Assembly: GCA_031409275.1 (NCBI GenBank)
Contig: JANNXA010000022.1
Location: forward strand, 236,307 to 300,306
DNA length: 64,000 bases
Source of the DNA: Planctomycetota bacterium
GTDB taxonomy: Bacteria > Planctomycetota > B15-G4 > SIAN01
Direction of reading: 5' to 3'
In this document: positions 18,176-27,492 of the stretch, piece by piece
Position numbering within the stretch: position 1 is the stretch's first letter
Layout of the letters: the number at the start of each line of letters is the position of its first letter
The notes under the pieces: generated by a model
Database searches by the model: none
What the model was told of the DNA's origin: nothing
Seen by the model: only the letters and a program-made list of their open reading frames with translations
Position numbers and translations under genes: made by a program

Positions 18176-21154
18176 ATGGCGAGTGCAACCGTTCACGTCG
18201 TCGAGAGCGCCGCGATGCGGGTCGAGTTTCGTCGCGACGCCGCCGGTCGGCTCGTGCTGCACTCCATCGAGAATCGCGTCGATGGCAGTGTGCTGAGCTT
18301 TCCGCCTGGCCCGCTCTTTCGAGTGATCGTGCGGGCGAGTAGTCCGATCGACTCCTTCACGCCGCTCGACAGCGATGGAGCCACCGGAAGCACGGTGCCG
18401 CAGATCGAGCACGCGGACGGTCCCGCTCCATTCGGCGCGCGCTTCGAGCAACCGCCGCTCGGCGGCCGCAACTTCCTTCGCGCCGACTTCACCTTCGATT
18501 CGATCGGCGGCCGCGAAGACGACTTGAAGATCGTCTTCACCGCTTCGCTGCTCGATGCGCTGCCCGATCGGCTCCTTTGCGCCTGCTACTTCGACACCTC
18601 GTACGGCCGCGGCATGACCACGAGCGCGCTCTTCTGGTGCGCGCCGATCCTGCTTCGAATGCGACCGTTCGCGCGCGACCACTACCTGATCGCGATGAAT
18701 GGCGGCCTCGTCACTCGCAATCCGCAGGTCGACCTCGTCGGCGACGGCGACGGCTACCGCTTCAACACCGGGCGACCCGTCGGCATCACGGCCCAGGCAC
18801 ATGACCTTTATCCCGCGGTCGGCTTCGAGCCCGAAACGGCACCGGCCCAGTTCACCGATCGGATGGAGGTCCTCTATCCGACATGGGCATCGACGGCGCT
18901 CGCCGCCTACGGAAGTCGCGGCGCCGACGGCACGACGCTCTACCTGCACGACAGCCTCCACTTCGCGCCGCGGCGACTCCGCGACACCTTCGCCGGCGGC
19001 CAGCTGCTGCTCGAGCACGAGGCGCTGATCGAGAACGGCATCGCCGCCGGCAACGGTTGGGGAGCGGCGTCGGGCGCCGATTGCCGCCGCGCCGAGACCT
19101 ACGTCCGGCTCTTTCGCCGCATCGGGGACGTGCTCGGCGAAGCGGTCGGGCTCGACTACCAGCGCTTCACGCAATCTTCGCCGGAAGGGCGCCTCATCAC
19201 TCCGCCGCGACTGATCGATCGCCCCGACCACTCGGCTGGATTGCGCCGTTCACCGCTCTTTCGCACCTACTTCAAGAGCGATGACGAAGACGAGACGGGA
19301 CTCACCGAAGCGATCGCCGAGGAGTTCCGGGAGGCGTTCCCGGCGCTGCGGAACGAGCCGCTCTACCGCGTGAACTACGACCTGCTCTACAGCTACAACA
19401 ACGACGAGAGCGGAACGCATGGCGGAGCGATCGGCAACTCCGTGCCCGACCTGTTCGACCTCGCGGCCGATCCGGGGAAGGTCGCCTACGCGCAGGAGCT
19501 GCGCGACGAGTACGGCCTGCACACGTTCGGTGCGATCGTCGTGCGCCGACCGACACCGTACGACGGCCACGGTTTCTGGGATTCGGAGGCGATGGATGCA
19601 GCGCGCGTCCGCAATCACCTCGAAGCGCTCGATCCGGACTACCGCTCCACCGATGAGTGGCTGAAGGTGGCCGGCGAAGTGACCGCGGTCGCCGTCGACG
19701 GCAGCTTCACCGCGATCACGCTGTCGACCGAAGCGCTCGACCCGTCGCTCTGGGACAACTTCACGACCTACGAGCGCGAGACGGCCGGCATCGACCACGC
19801 CGACCACTCCGAGCACCTCGGTTGGCTGCGCCGTCGCGATGGCGGCTACGCCTTCACCATCGAGCGGCAGGGCCAGGCGGACTTCACCGCATCGCCGCCG
19901 ATCCTCCGGATCGCCGGCGATCAGAGCGGCTCCATCGTGGCGGGCGACGTCGTCGACGTGCACTTCGTCGAGCCGCAGTACGTCCCCGGATACGACGCCG
20001 GCGCGAGCGGTCGACTCGGCGACAACGCCCCCACCAGCCTGTGCGCGATGGCCGACGACGTCGGCGCCGGAACGGGCGCCGACCGCGGCTGGGGAGTGCG
20101 CTACGTCCGCGAGTTCGTCGCGAAGTGCCGGCCGTGGTTGACCGGGGTGCTGCATGTGCTGCCGCGGCTGCAGCAGGTCTGCTTCGGCCATCACGGCGGT
20201 GAGATCCCGGGCAGCAATCAGCAGCTGCTGGGATGGCGACGGATCCTCGCGCACCTGCGAGCGTCCGTTCCGCCGCCGTTTGAGTTGTGGGAAGAGGATG
20301 GGCCGTACGACTGGCTGCTCGGCCTCGTCGATGGCCACACGCGTCCCAACATCCGGCTCGATCTGACGACGAGCGCCGGATCGTGGGGTGCGTCGCCCTT
20401 CTTCCAGACCGCGTGGGGACCGTGGTATCGCTTCGGCGGCTATCTCGCCAACCGCGAGGGCCATTTCACCAACTACGGCGGCGGCGACTTCTACTCCGCC
20501 TACTTCGAAGGGACCGCGTCGAAGAACTTCCGCGAGGCTCTGGTCGGCGACTTCATGTTGGGGCGACTGCCGTCGGTCGGCGTCTCCCCTGATCCAGCGC
20601 ACGTGATGGGAACGCGCCGGAATGGCGAACCGGCCTACACGCCGTTCTTCCATGCGACTCATGGAATGGACGTGCCGGGATCGCTGGCGGGGCTGTGCGC
20701 GCGTCTCGTCCAGTTCCAGCTCGCGTTTCGCAACGTGAACGTCTTCGGCCAACGTTGCCGTTCGCTGCAACGTCTCGGCACGACGACCGTCGCCACCAAC
20801 CCGCTCTCCATCGAGCCGAGTCACGACGACTTCCACAACCTCGGAGTCGACGAACTCGGCGCGCGCCGCGCCCCGCTATTCCACTCGGTCACCCAGGATC
20901 CCGAACAGCCCCGACGTTGGATCGCGCTCTTCGTCAACGAGTCGCGCAGCCGACGATCGTCGCGCTACCGCTTCGATCCGGCGCTCTACGCCGAGCCCGC
21001 CGCGCTTGGCAACGGCCGCTACGCCGTGACGCGTTTCGAAGTTGCGCCTGGCGGCGTCGCGTCGCTCTCGAAGTCGGTCGCGAGCGGCATCACGGAGCTC
21101 ATGGTCGCGCTCGAAGCAGCGGAAGTGGCCGTCATCACCTTCGAGCTCGACTGA
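18176..21154 (+). CDS. Large hypothetical protein, DUF6259-like (glycoside-hydrolase-like fold suspected)
   Basis: 992-aa ORF. YPTWAS...AY...LYLHD, PDLF, and CFGHHGG..G motifs recall DUF6259 proteins. Confidence 0.5.
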   Translation: MASATVHVVESAAMRVEFRRDAAGRLVLHSIENRVDGSVLSFPPGPLFRVIVRASSPIDSFTPLDSDGATGSTVPQIEHADGPAPFGARFEQPPLGGRNFLRADFTFDSIGGREDDLKIVFTASLLDALPDRLLCACYFDTSYGRGMTTSALFWCAPILLRMRPFARDHYLIAMNGGLVTRNPQVDLVGDGDGYRFNTGRPVGITAQAHDLYPAVGFEPETAPAQFTDRMEVLYPTWASTALAAYGSRGADGTTLYLHDSLHFAPRRLRDTFAGGQLLLEHEALIENGIAAGNGWGAASGADCRRAETYVRLFRRIGDVLGEAVGLDYQRFTQSSPEGRLITPPRLIDRPDHSAGLRRSPLFRTYFKSDDEDETGLTEAIAEEFREAFPALRNEPLYRVNYDLLYSYNNDESGTHGGAIGNSVPDLFDLAADPGKVAYAQELRDEYGLHTFGAIVVRRPTPYDGHGFWDSEAMDAARVRNHLEALDPDYRSTDEWLKVAGEVTAVAVDGSFTAITLSTEALDPSLWDNFTTYERETAGIDHADHSEHLGWLRRRDGGYAFTIERQGQADFTASPPILRIAGDQSGSIVAGDVVDVHFVEPQYVPGYDAGASGRLGDNAPTSLCAMADDVGAGTGADRGWGVRYVREFVAKCRPWLTGVLHVLPRLQQVCFGHHGGEIPGSNQQLLGWRRILAHLRASVPPPFELWEEDGPYDWLLGLVDGHTRPNIRLDLTTSAGSWGASPFFQTAWGPWYRFGGYLANREGHFTNYGGGDFYSAYFEGTASKNFREALVGDFMLGRLPSVGVSPDPAHVMGTRRNGEPAYTPFFHATHGMDVPGSLAGLCARLVQFQLAFRNVNVFGQRCRSLQRLGTTTVATNPLSIEPSHDDFHNLGVDELGARRAPLFHSVTQDPEQPRRWIALFVNESRSRRSSRYRFDPALYAEPAALGNGRYAVTRFEVAPGGVASLSKSVASGITELMVALEAAEVAVITFELD

Positions 21155-21300
21155 ACGCGACGGGGACAGCGTCGTCGCGAGCGCCGCGCGCCGTGGTCCT
21201 TCGCGGCGACTCACGGAATGGGCATCATCCGCGATCCCTTGTCCCCGCGTGGATCGTCTGTCGCTTGGAACGCTCGCCGTTGCGCTCTCGCCGCTGGTGG

Positions 21301-22479
21301 ATGGTGCTGCCGTTGCTGCCGCTGTGGGGCAGCCTGGTCGCCTGCCAGCGCACGCCCACTGCCAACGCGCAGGCGCCGGCTCCATTGGAGCGCGACGTGC
21401 GCGTCGCGGTCGCCGTCGACGAGTCGTGGCCGACGCTCCTGCGCATCGCCGGCGACCTGCATGCGGATGAGGACGCGCTGCTGGCCAGCAAGGTCGCGGG
21501 TCGAGTGGCGAGCGTCGCCGTGGACCTGGGCACGCGGGTCGAGGCGGGCGCGCCGCTGCTGCAGCTTGATCCGCGCGACTTCGAACTGCGCTGCGCGCAG
21601 GCGGTCGCCGCGCTCGAGGCCGCGTGCGCGCGGGTCGGTCTGCCGCCGGGTGGCGTCGATTCGGAGTGGTCACCGGCCGCGGTCCCGCTCGTTCGCCAGG
21701 CTCAGATCGAGTTGGACGAAGCGGAGCGCGAGCTCGCGCGTCTCGCCAGCCTGTCCGGGGACGGGATCGCGTCGCTCTCAGCGCTCGACGTCGCGCGCTC
21801 GCGCGTCGATTCGGCGCAGAGCGCCTTGGGTGAGGCGTTGCACGAGGTGGCCAGCCGCCGCGCCCTGGTGGTGCAGCGCACGGCCGAACTCGACCTCGCG
21901 CGCCAGCAGCTCGCCGACACGACGTTGCGCGCCCCCTTCGCGGGCACGATCGCCGCGCGGCTGGTCGATCGCGGCGAAGCGGTCGCCGTCGGCTCGGCCG
22001 TCGCCCGTCTGGTGCGTCTCGATCCGATCCGGCTTCGGCTCGCGGTGCCAGCGAGTGCGGCCGGACGATTGCGGATCGGTCTTCCGGTTCAATTCGAGGG
22101 GCCGCCCGAACGCCCGCCGATCGCGGCGACGCTTTGCCGCGTCGCTCCCGATCTTGATCCGCGCAGCCGCACGATGACCGTCGAAGCCGATGTCGAGAAT
22201 CGCGACGGCGGGTTGCGGCCAGGCGATTTCGTCGATGCGGTGATCGTGCTCGATGCCGAAGCGCGCGCGCTGGTGGTTCCGCTCGCGGCGCTGGTGCGCT
22301 TCGCGGGGGTCGACCGCGTGGTGCTGGCGCGCGCCGGCAAGGCGGTGGAGCAGCTCGTCACCGTCGGCCGCATCGATGGCGAGCGCGCCGAACTCCTGGC
22401 CGGCATCGCCGCCGGCGAAGCGGTCATCCTTGCGCCCGGCACGCTGCACACGGGCGACCCGTTGCGCGTCGTCGAATAG
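21301..22479 (+). CDS. RND efflux periplasmic adaptor (MFP) lipoprotein
   Basis: Lipobox LVAC, ASKVAGRV, TTLRAPFAGTI and LRPGDFV. Start uncertain. Confidence 0.9.
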   Translation: MVLPLLPLWGSLVACQRTPTANAQAPAPLERDVRVAVAVDESWPTLLRIAGDLHADEDALLASKVAGRVASVAVDLGTRVEAGAPLLQLDPRDFELRCAQAVAALEAACARVGLPPGGVDSEWSPAAVPLVRQAQIELDEAERELARLASLSGDGIASLSALDVARSRVDSAQSALGEALHEVASRRALVVQRTAELDLARQQLADTTLRAPFAGTIAARLVDRGEAVAVGSAVARLVRLDPIRLRLAVPASAAGRLRIGLPVQFEGPPERPPIAATLCRVAPDLDPRSRTMTVEADVENRDGGLRPGDFVDAVIVLDAEARALVVPLAALVRFAGVDRVVLARAGKAVEQLVTVGRIDGERAELLAGIAAGEAVILAPGTLHTGDPLRVVE

Positions 22480-22489
22480 CCACGCTCCC

Positions 22490-25400
22490 ATGCGCCGCGT
22501 GGTCGACCTCTTCATCCGCCGTCCCGTCTTCGCCTCGATGTCGATCGCGGCCTTCGTCGTGGTCGGACTCGTCGGCCTCAAGCGGTTGCGGGTCGATCGA
22601 TTCCCGTCGGTCGACGTGCCCAACGTCATGGTGCGCACGCTGCTTCCGGGCGGCTCGACGGAGGAGATCGAGAACCTCGTCAGCCGTCCGCTCGAGGAGG
22701 CGATCAACACGATCGAGGGGATCGATCAGCTGCGCTCGATCACCTCGAGCGGCACCTCGCTGGTCATGGTGACGTTCGACCTCGAGCGCGACCTCGAGGC
22801 GGCCGCGCAGGACGTGCGCGATCGCGTGGCGGGCGCGCTGAAGCTGCTGCCGCCCGAGGCCGAGGCGCCGATCATCACCAAGTCGGACAACGATCAGACG
22901 CCCGTGCTGACGCTGGCGCTCGCCTCGACGCGACCGCTGCGCGAACTCTCCGAGATCGCCGACAAGGTCCTCAAGCCCGAGCTCGAACGGTCGACTGGCG
23001 TCGGCTCGGTGACGGTCGTCGGGGCGGCGCCGCGCGCGATCAACGTCTGGATCGACGCCGCGAAGCTGCGCGCCCACGGCCTTCCGATCGCGGCGGTGCG
23101 GGAGGCCCTCGCGCGCGAGAACGCGGAGCTGCCCGGCGGGAACGTCACCGATCGCACGCGCGAAACGGTGCTTCGCACCATGGGCAAGCTCGCGCATCCG
23201 ACGGACTTCGAGGAGCTCGTCGTGGCGACGGTCGGTGGCGCGCCGGTGCGCGTCAGCGACCTCGGCCGGGTCGAGGATGGCACCAAGGAGGTGCGCTCGT
23301 TTGCGCGCCTCGATGGCGCGCCGTGCGTCTCGATCGAGGTGCGCCGACAGTCGGGCGCGAACACGGTGGCGGTGATCGACGCGCTGAAGGAGCGGCTCGC
23401 GCGGATCACCGCGGAGCTGCCGCCCGATGTGCGCGTTGAGGTGATCCGCGATCAGTCGCGCTACATCCACGCGGCGCTCGGCGAGATCGAGCTCCACCTC
23501 GTGCTCGGCAGCCTGCTGGCCAGCGCCGTCGTGCTCTGGTTCATGCGATCGTGGCGGTCGACGCTGATCGCCGCCATCGCCATCCCCTGCTCCACCATCG
23601 CGAGCTTCGCCGTGATGGACGCGCTGGGCTTCACGCTCAACAGCGTCACCATGCTGGCGCTCGTGCTGATGGTCGGGATCGTCATCGACGACGCCATCGT
23701 CGTGCTCGAGAACATCTTCCGATTCATCGAGGAGAAGGGGTTCTCGCCGTTCGAGGCGGCGCGCGAAGGGACCGCGGAGATCGCGCTGGCGGTGATGGCG
23801 ACCACGCTGTCGCTGGCGGTGATCTTCGTGCCGGTCTCGTTCATGTCGAGCATCTCGGGACGGTTCCTCTACCAGTTCGGCATCACCGCGGCGGCCGCCG
23901 TGCTGGTCAGCCTGATCGTCTCGTTCACGTTGACGCCGACCATGAGCGCGCGCCTGCTGCGCCCGCACGTCGGCGCCGCGAGGACCCGCGGCGGCTTCTA
24001 TGCACGCCTCGAGGGTGGTTACCTCGCGCTGCTGAAGGCGGCGATGCGACGGCGCTGGATCGTGGCGCTGCTGGCGGTCGCCGTCATCGCCTCGAGCGTC
24101 CCGCTCTACGCGCGCCTCAAGCAGGAGTACACGCCGGCCGACGTCGACGAGGCGGAGTTCGAGATCAACGTGAACGGGCCCGAGGCGGCGAGCCTCGCGG
24201 CGATGGACGTGGCGATGCAGCAGGTCGAGCAGACGGTCGCCGCGACGCCGGGCGTCCGCACGGTGCTGTCGACGGTCGGCGGCAGCTTCTTGTCGCAGGT
24301 GAACCGCGCCGACCTGTACGTCCGCATCGCGCCCCACTCCGAGCGGATCTTCAGTCTCGGCCGCCTCGTGCGCGGGCTGGTCAGCGGCGATCCGGGCGCC
24401 GCGTTCGCCGGCAACTACTCGCAACGCGAGGTGATGGGCGAAGTGCGTCGCCGTCTCGCCGCGTTCCGCGACCTGCGCTGCTCGGTTCGCAATGCCCCAT
24501 CGTTCAACATCGGCGGCGGGAACTTCGACATCGACTTCTCCATCGTCGGACCGGAGCTCGAGCCGCTGTCGCGCTATGGCGAGGAGCTCAAGCGACGCGC
24601 CCGCGAACTCGGCGGAATCGTCGACGCCGACACGACCTTGCGGCTCGACCATCCGGAGCTTCGTGCGGTGATCGACCGCGAGCGGGCCGCCGACCTCGGC
24701 GTGGACGTCGCGGCGGTGGCGTCGGCCCTGCGCCTCATGGTCGGCGGCGAAGAGCGCGTTTCGCGCTTCCGTGATCGCGCGCTCGGCGAGGACTACGACG
24801 TGCAGCTGCGCCTCACCCCGCAGGATCGCGACGATGCCGAGCGGATCGGCGAGCTCTTCGTCCCGACTCGCTTCGGCGGCCTGGCGCGGCTCGACGGTTT
24901 CGTGCGCTTCGAGAAGGCCAACAGCGCCGCGCGCGTCGATCGCCTCGATCGCCAGCGGCAAGTCGCGCTGCGCGCTTCGGTCGGCGAGGGGTATGCGCTC
25001 GCCGACCGCATCGCCGCGCTGCGCCAGGCGGTGGTCGAGATGAACCTGCCGCCGACCTACTCGACGCGGATCTCGGGACGCGGCCGTGAGCTCGAACGGA
25101 CGTTCGGCGAGTTCCTGCGCGCCTTCCTGCTCTCCGTCGTGCTGATGTACCTCATCCTCGCTAGCCAGTTCGAGAGCCTGCTCCACCCGCTCACGATCCT
25201 GCTCTCGCTGCCGTTGTCGATCCCGTTCGCCTTGTGGTCGCTCGAAGTGAGCGGCAACTCGCTCAACCTCTACTCGGCGCTCGGGATGCTGGTGCTGTTC
25301 GGCGTCGTGAAGAAGAACGCCATCCTGCAGGTCGACCACACCGAGCAGTTGCGTGCGAACGGGATGGCGCGCGCCGATGCGATCGTGCAAGCGAACCGCG

Positions 25401-25618
25401 ATCGCCTGCGGCCGATCTTGATGACGACGTTGGCGCTGGTCGCCGGAATGATCCCGCTGGCGCTCGGCGCCGGTCCCGGAGCCGAGGAGCGCCGCGCCGT
25501 CGCCGTGGTCGTGATCGGCGGGCAGACGCTGTCGCTGTTGCTCACGCTGATCGTGACGCCGGTGGCCTACAGCCTGCTCGATGACCTGCGGCGTCGGCGC
25601 GACCCCGTCGCGAGCTGA
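22490..25618 (+). CDS. RND efflux permease (AcrB/AcrD/AcrF family)
   Basis: FIRRPVFA, GIVIDDAIVVLENI, GVVKKNAILQVD and RLRPILMTT. Confidence 0.95.
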   Translation: MRRVVDLFIRRPVFASMSIAAFVVVGLVGLKRLRVDRFPSVDVPNVMVRTLLPGGSTEEIENLVSRPLEEAINTIEGIDQLRSITSSGTSLVMVTFDLERDLEAAAQDVRDRVAGALKLLPPEAEAPIITKSDNDQTPVLTLALASTRPLRELSEIADKVLKPELERSTGVGSVTVVGAAPRAINVWIDAAKLRAHGLPIAAVREALARENAELPGGNVTDRTRETVLRTMGKLAHPTDFEELVVATVGGAPVRVSDLGRVEDGTKEVRSFARLDGAPCVSIEVRRQSGANTVAVIDALKERLARITAELPPDVRVEVIRDQSRYIHAALGEIELHLVLGSLLASAVVLWFMRSWRSTLIAAIAIPCSTIASFAVMDALGFTLNSVTMLALVLMVGIVIDDAIVVLENIFRFIEEKGFSPFEAAREGTAEIALAVMATTLSLAVIFVPVSFMSSISGRFLYQFGITAAAAVLVSLIVSFTLTPTMSARLLRPHVGAARTRGGFYARLEGGYLALLKAAMRRRWIVALLAVAVIASSVPLYARLKQEYTPADVDEAEFEINVNGPEAASLAAMDVAMQQVEQTVAATPGVRTVLSTVGGSFLSQVNRADLYVRIAPHSERIFSLGRLVRGLVSGDPGAAFAGNYSQREVMGEVRRRLAAFRDLRCSVRNAPSFNIGGGNFDIDFSIVGPELEPLSRYGEELKRRARELGGIVDADTTLRLDHPELRAVIDRERAADLGVDVAAVASALRLMVGGEERVSRFRDRALGEDYDVQLRLTPQDRDDAERIGELFVPTRFGGLARLDGFVRFEKANSAARVDRLDRQRQVALRASVGEGYALADRIAALRQAVVEMNLPPTYSTRISGRGRELERTFGEFLRAFLLSVVLMYLILASQFESLLHPLTILLSLPLSIPFALWSLEVSGNSLNLYSALGMLVLFGVVKKNAILQVDHTEQLRANGMARADAIVQANRDRLRPILMTTLALVAGMIPLALGAGPGAEERRAVAVVVIGGQTLSLLLTLIVTPVAYSLLDDLRRRRDPVAS

Positions 25619-25636
25619 GCGCCGGCGCGCGGCCGT

Positions 25637-27238
25637 TCAACGCATCAGCTTGAACCAGCAGGCGTCCTGTGGCGCGCCGCCGAACGTGGTCTGGAAGGCT
25701 CCCGGCGTGGTCGGATAGTCGTTGGAGTCGGCGGTGCCGGCGGCCACGAGCGATCCGTCGCTCGCCAGCGCGAACGAGCGCCCGAGATCGTCATCGCCAC
25801 CGCCGCAGAACGTCGCGTACTCGAGCGTCGTGAGGTCGTCGCTCAAGCAAGCGAAGAGCTGATCGGCACCGCCATCCTTCTGGCGCTGGAACGCATCGCT
25901 GGTCGCCGGGAAGTTCGTCGAATAGGTCGCGCCGGAACAGCAGATCCGCCCTGAGCCATCGACGGCGACGCCTTCGAGCCCCTCGCCGCGCGAGCCGCCG
26001 AGGTAGGTGAAAGCGAGGAGCGTCGTGACGTCGGCGGAGAACTTGGCGACGAAGCCGTCATAGGGATAGTCGGTGCCAGCGCCGGTGCCGGAGCCTCCGC
26101 TGCCGCCATAGCTGGGCTGGAACGGTGGCGGGATCGAGGCGGGGACGAACGGGAGGTTGGTCGACTCGCTGGTGGCGGCGACGATGGCGATGCCGTTGGC
26201 GTCGATGCACAGGCCGTGCGTCTCGGAGTACTCCGTCGCGGTTCCGCCGAAGTAGCTCGCTCCGAGGAGCGAGCCGCCACCGATCGCGATGTGGAGCAGG
26301 ACCATGTCGATCCCGCCGGCTCGTGAGTCCTGATAGGCGCCGACCGTCGTTGCGAAGTCATCCGATTGCGACGTGCCGAGCACCCATACGGTGTCGTCCG
26401 GCGCGATTCTGACCGACGGCGTTCCACCGTCGCTCCCGCTGCCACCGAAGTACGAGCCCCAGACGATCGTCGATCCGTCGGCGCTGATCTCGGCGACGAT
26501 GCCATCGCCCGATCCCCCGAGCACCGTGTCGAATGCGCCGACGGTGACCGCGTAGTGCGGACGGTCGGGCGCTCCGACCACGTAGCAGTTGCCGGCGGAG
26601 TCGATCGCGACGTCGCGGCAGATGCTGCCGTCGTCGTTCCCGAAGTAGGTCGACCACAACAGCGTCGAACCGTCCGCGGAGAGTTTCGCCACGAAGCCGT
26701 CCTGCGCGCCGTACTTGTTCGATGGCGCGACGTCGCCGCCGAAGTTGGGCTGGACGGAGCCGACGGTGGTCGGGAAGCCGGTGCCGGCGCGACCGGCGAC
26801 GTAGATCGCTCCTTGATCGTCGACCTCGATGGCATAGGCGCGGTCATACATGCTGCCGCCGAGGTAGGTCGCGAACACGAGCGCGCCGCCATCGGGAGTG
26901 AACTTGGCAACGTAGGCATCGTTCGTGCCGTTGAACGTCGTGTCATAGGCGCCCGCCGTCGCGGGGAAATCGGGCGACGCGGTCCCGCCGACCACGTAGA
27001 CGAACCCCTGCGCGTCGACGGATACGTCGCGCACCGAGTCGATGTCATTGCCGCCGAGGTAGGTCGTCGCCGAGAGCACGAACGGCGACGCGGGCGGTCC
27101 GCCGCCGCCACCACCTCCGCCGCCGCCTCCCGACGAACCGCCGCCGCCGCCGCCACCGCCGCATCCCGCGAGCAGCAACGTGACCAGGAGCCGCGCCGGC
27201 ACCGACGCCGGCACCGAGCGAATCGACTGCAACTGCAT
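25637..27238 (-). CDS. SBBP-repeat lipoprotein, paralog of 3919..5793
   Basis: Lipobox LAGC and poly-Gly linker. Shares DRAYAIEVD, YGAQDGFVAK, DGGTPSVR and ETHGL with the 3919 protein. Confidence 0.85.
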   Translation of the reverse strand: MQLQSIRSVPASVPARLLVTLLLAGCGGGGGGGGSSGGGGGGGGGGGPPASPFVLSATTYLGGNDIDSVRDVSVDAQGFVYVVGGTASPDFPATAGAYDTTFNGTNDAYVAKFTPDGGALVFATYLGGSMYDRAYAIEVDDQGAIYVAGRAGTGFPTTVGSVQPNFGGDVAPSNKYGAQDGFVAKLSADGSTLLWSTYFGNDDGSICRDVAIDSAGNCYVVGAPDRPHYAVTVGAFDTVLGGSGDGIVAEISADGSTIVWGSYFGGSGSDGGTPSVRIAPDDTVWVLGTSQSDDFATTVGAYQDSRAGGIDMVLLHIAIGGGSLLGASYFGGTATEYSETHGLCIDANGIAIVAATSESTNLPFVPASIPPPFQPSYGGSGGSGTGAGTDYPYDGFVAKFSADVTTLLAFTYLGGSRGEGLEGVAVDGSGRICCSGATYSTNFPATSDAFQRQKDGGADQLFACLSDDLTTLEYATFCGGGDDDLGRSFALASDGSLVAAGTADSNDYPTTPGAFQTTFGGAPQDACWFKLMR

Positions 27239-27399
27239 CAGCTCGAACTCCTTGCAAGAAGTCGCCGCGCGCAAGCCGGGCCCCAGCGATGCGACGGCCA
27301 ATCACCGAGAGCGAGTTCGGCCAACGACGCGGTCTGCTCCACTCTGATCCTCAGTTCTCGGGCGACTGCCGGTCGCCATCGGCGATTCGTAACTAAACC

Positions 27400-27414
27400 G
27401 CAATCGCCGTGCCG
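27400..27414 (-). promoter_or_regulatory. Probable sigma-54 promoter
   Basis: Minus strand reads CGGCACG-GCGA-TTGC upstream of the SBBP gene at 27238. Confidence 0.5.
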
Positions 27415-27492
27415 CCCGCGGGCGCGCCGCGACCCAACGCGAAGGCTCCGTCGAATGGCCTGGCACCCTCTTCTGCGGCGCGCCCGCGCCGG

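Noticed and set aside
21301..25618. RND pair lacking an adjacent outer-membrane factor
   Set aside because: Common arrangement; TolC-like channels are often encoded elsewhere.
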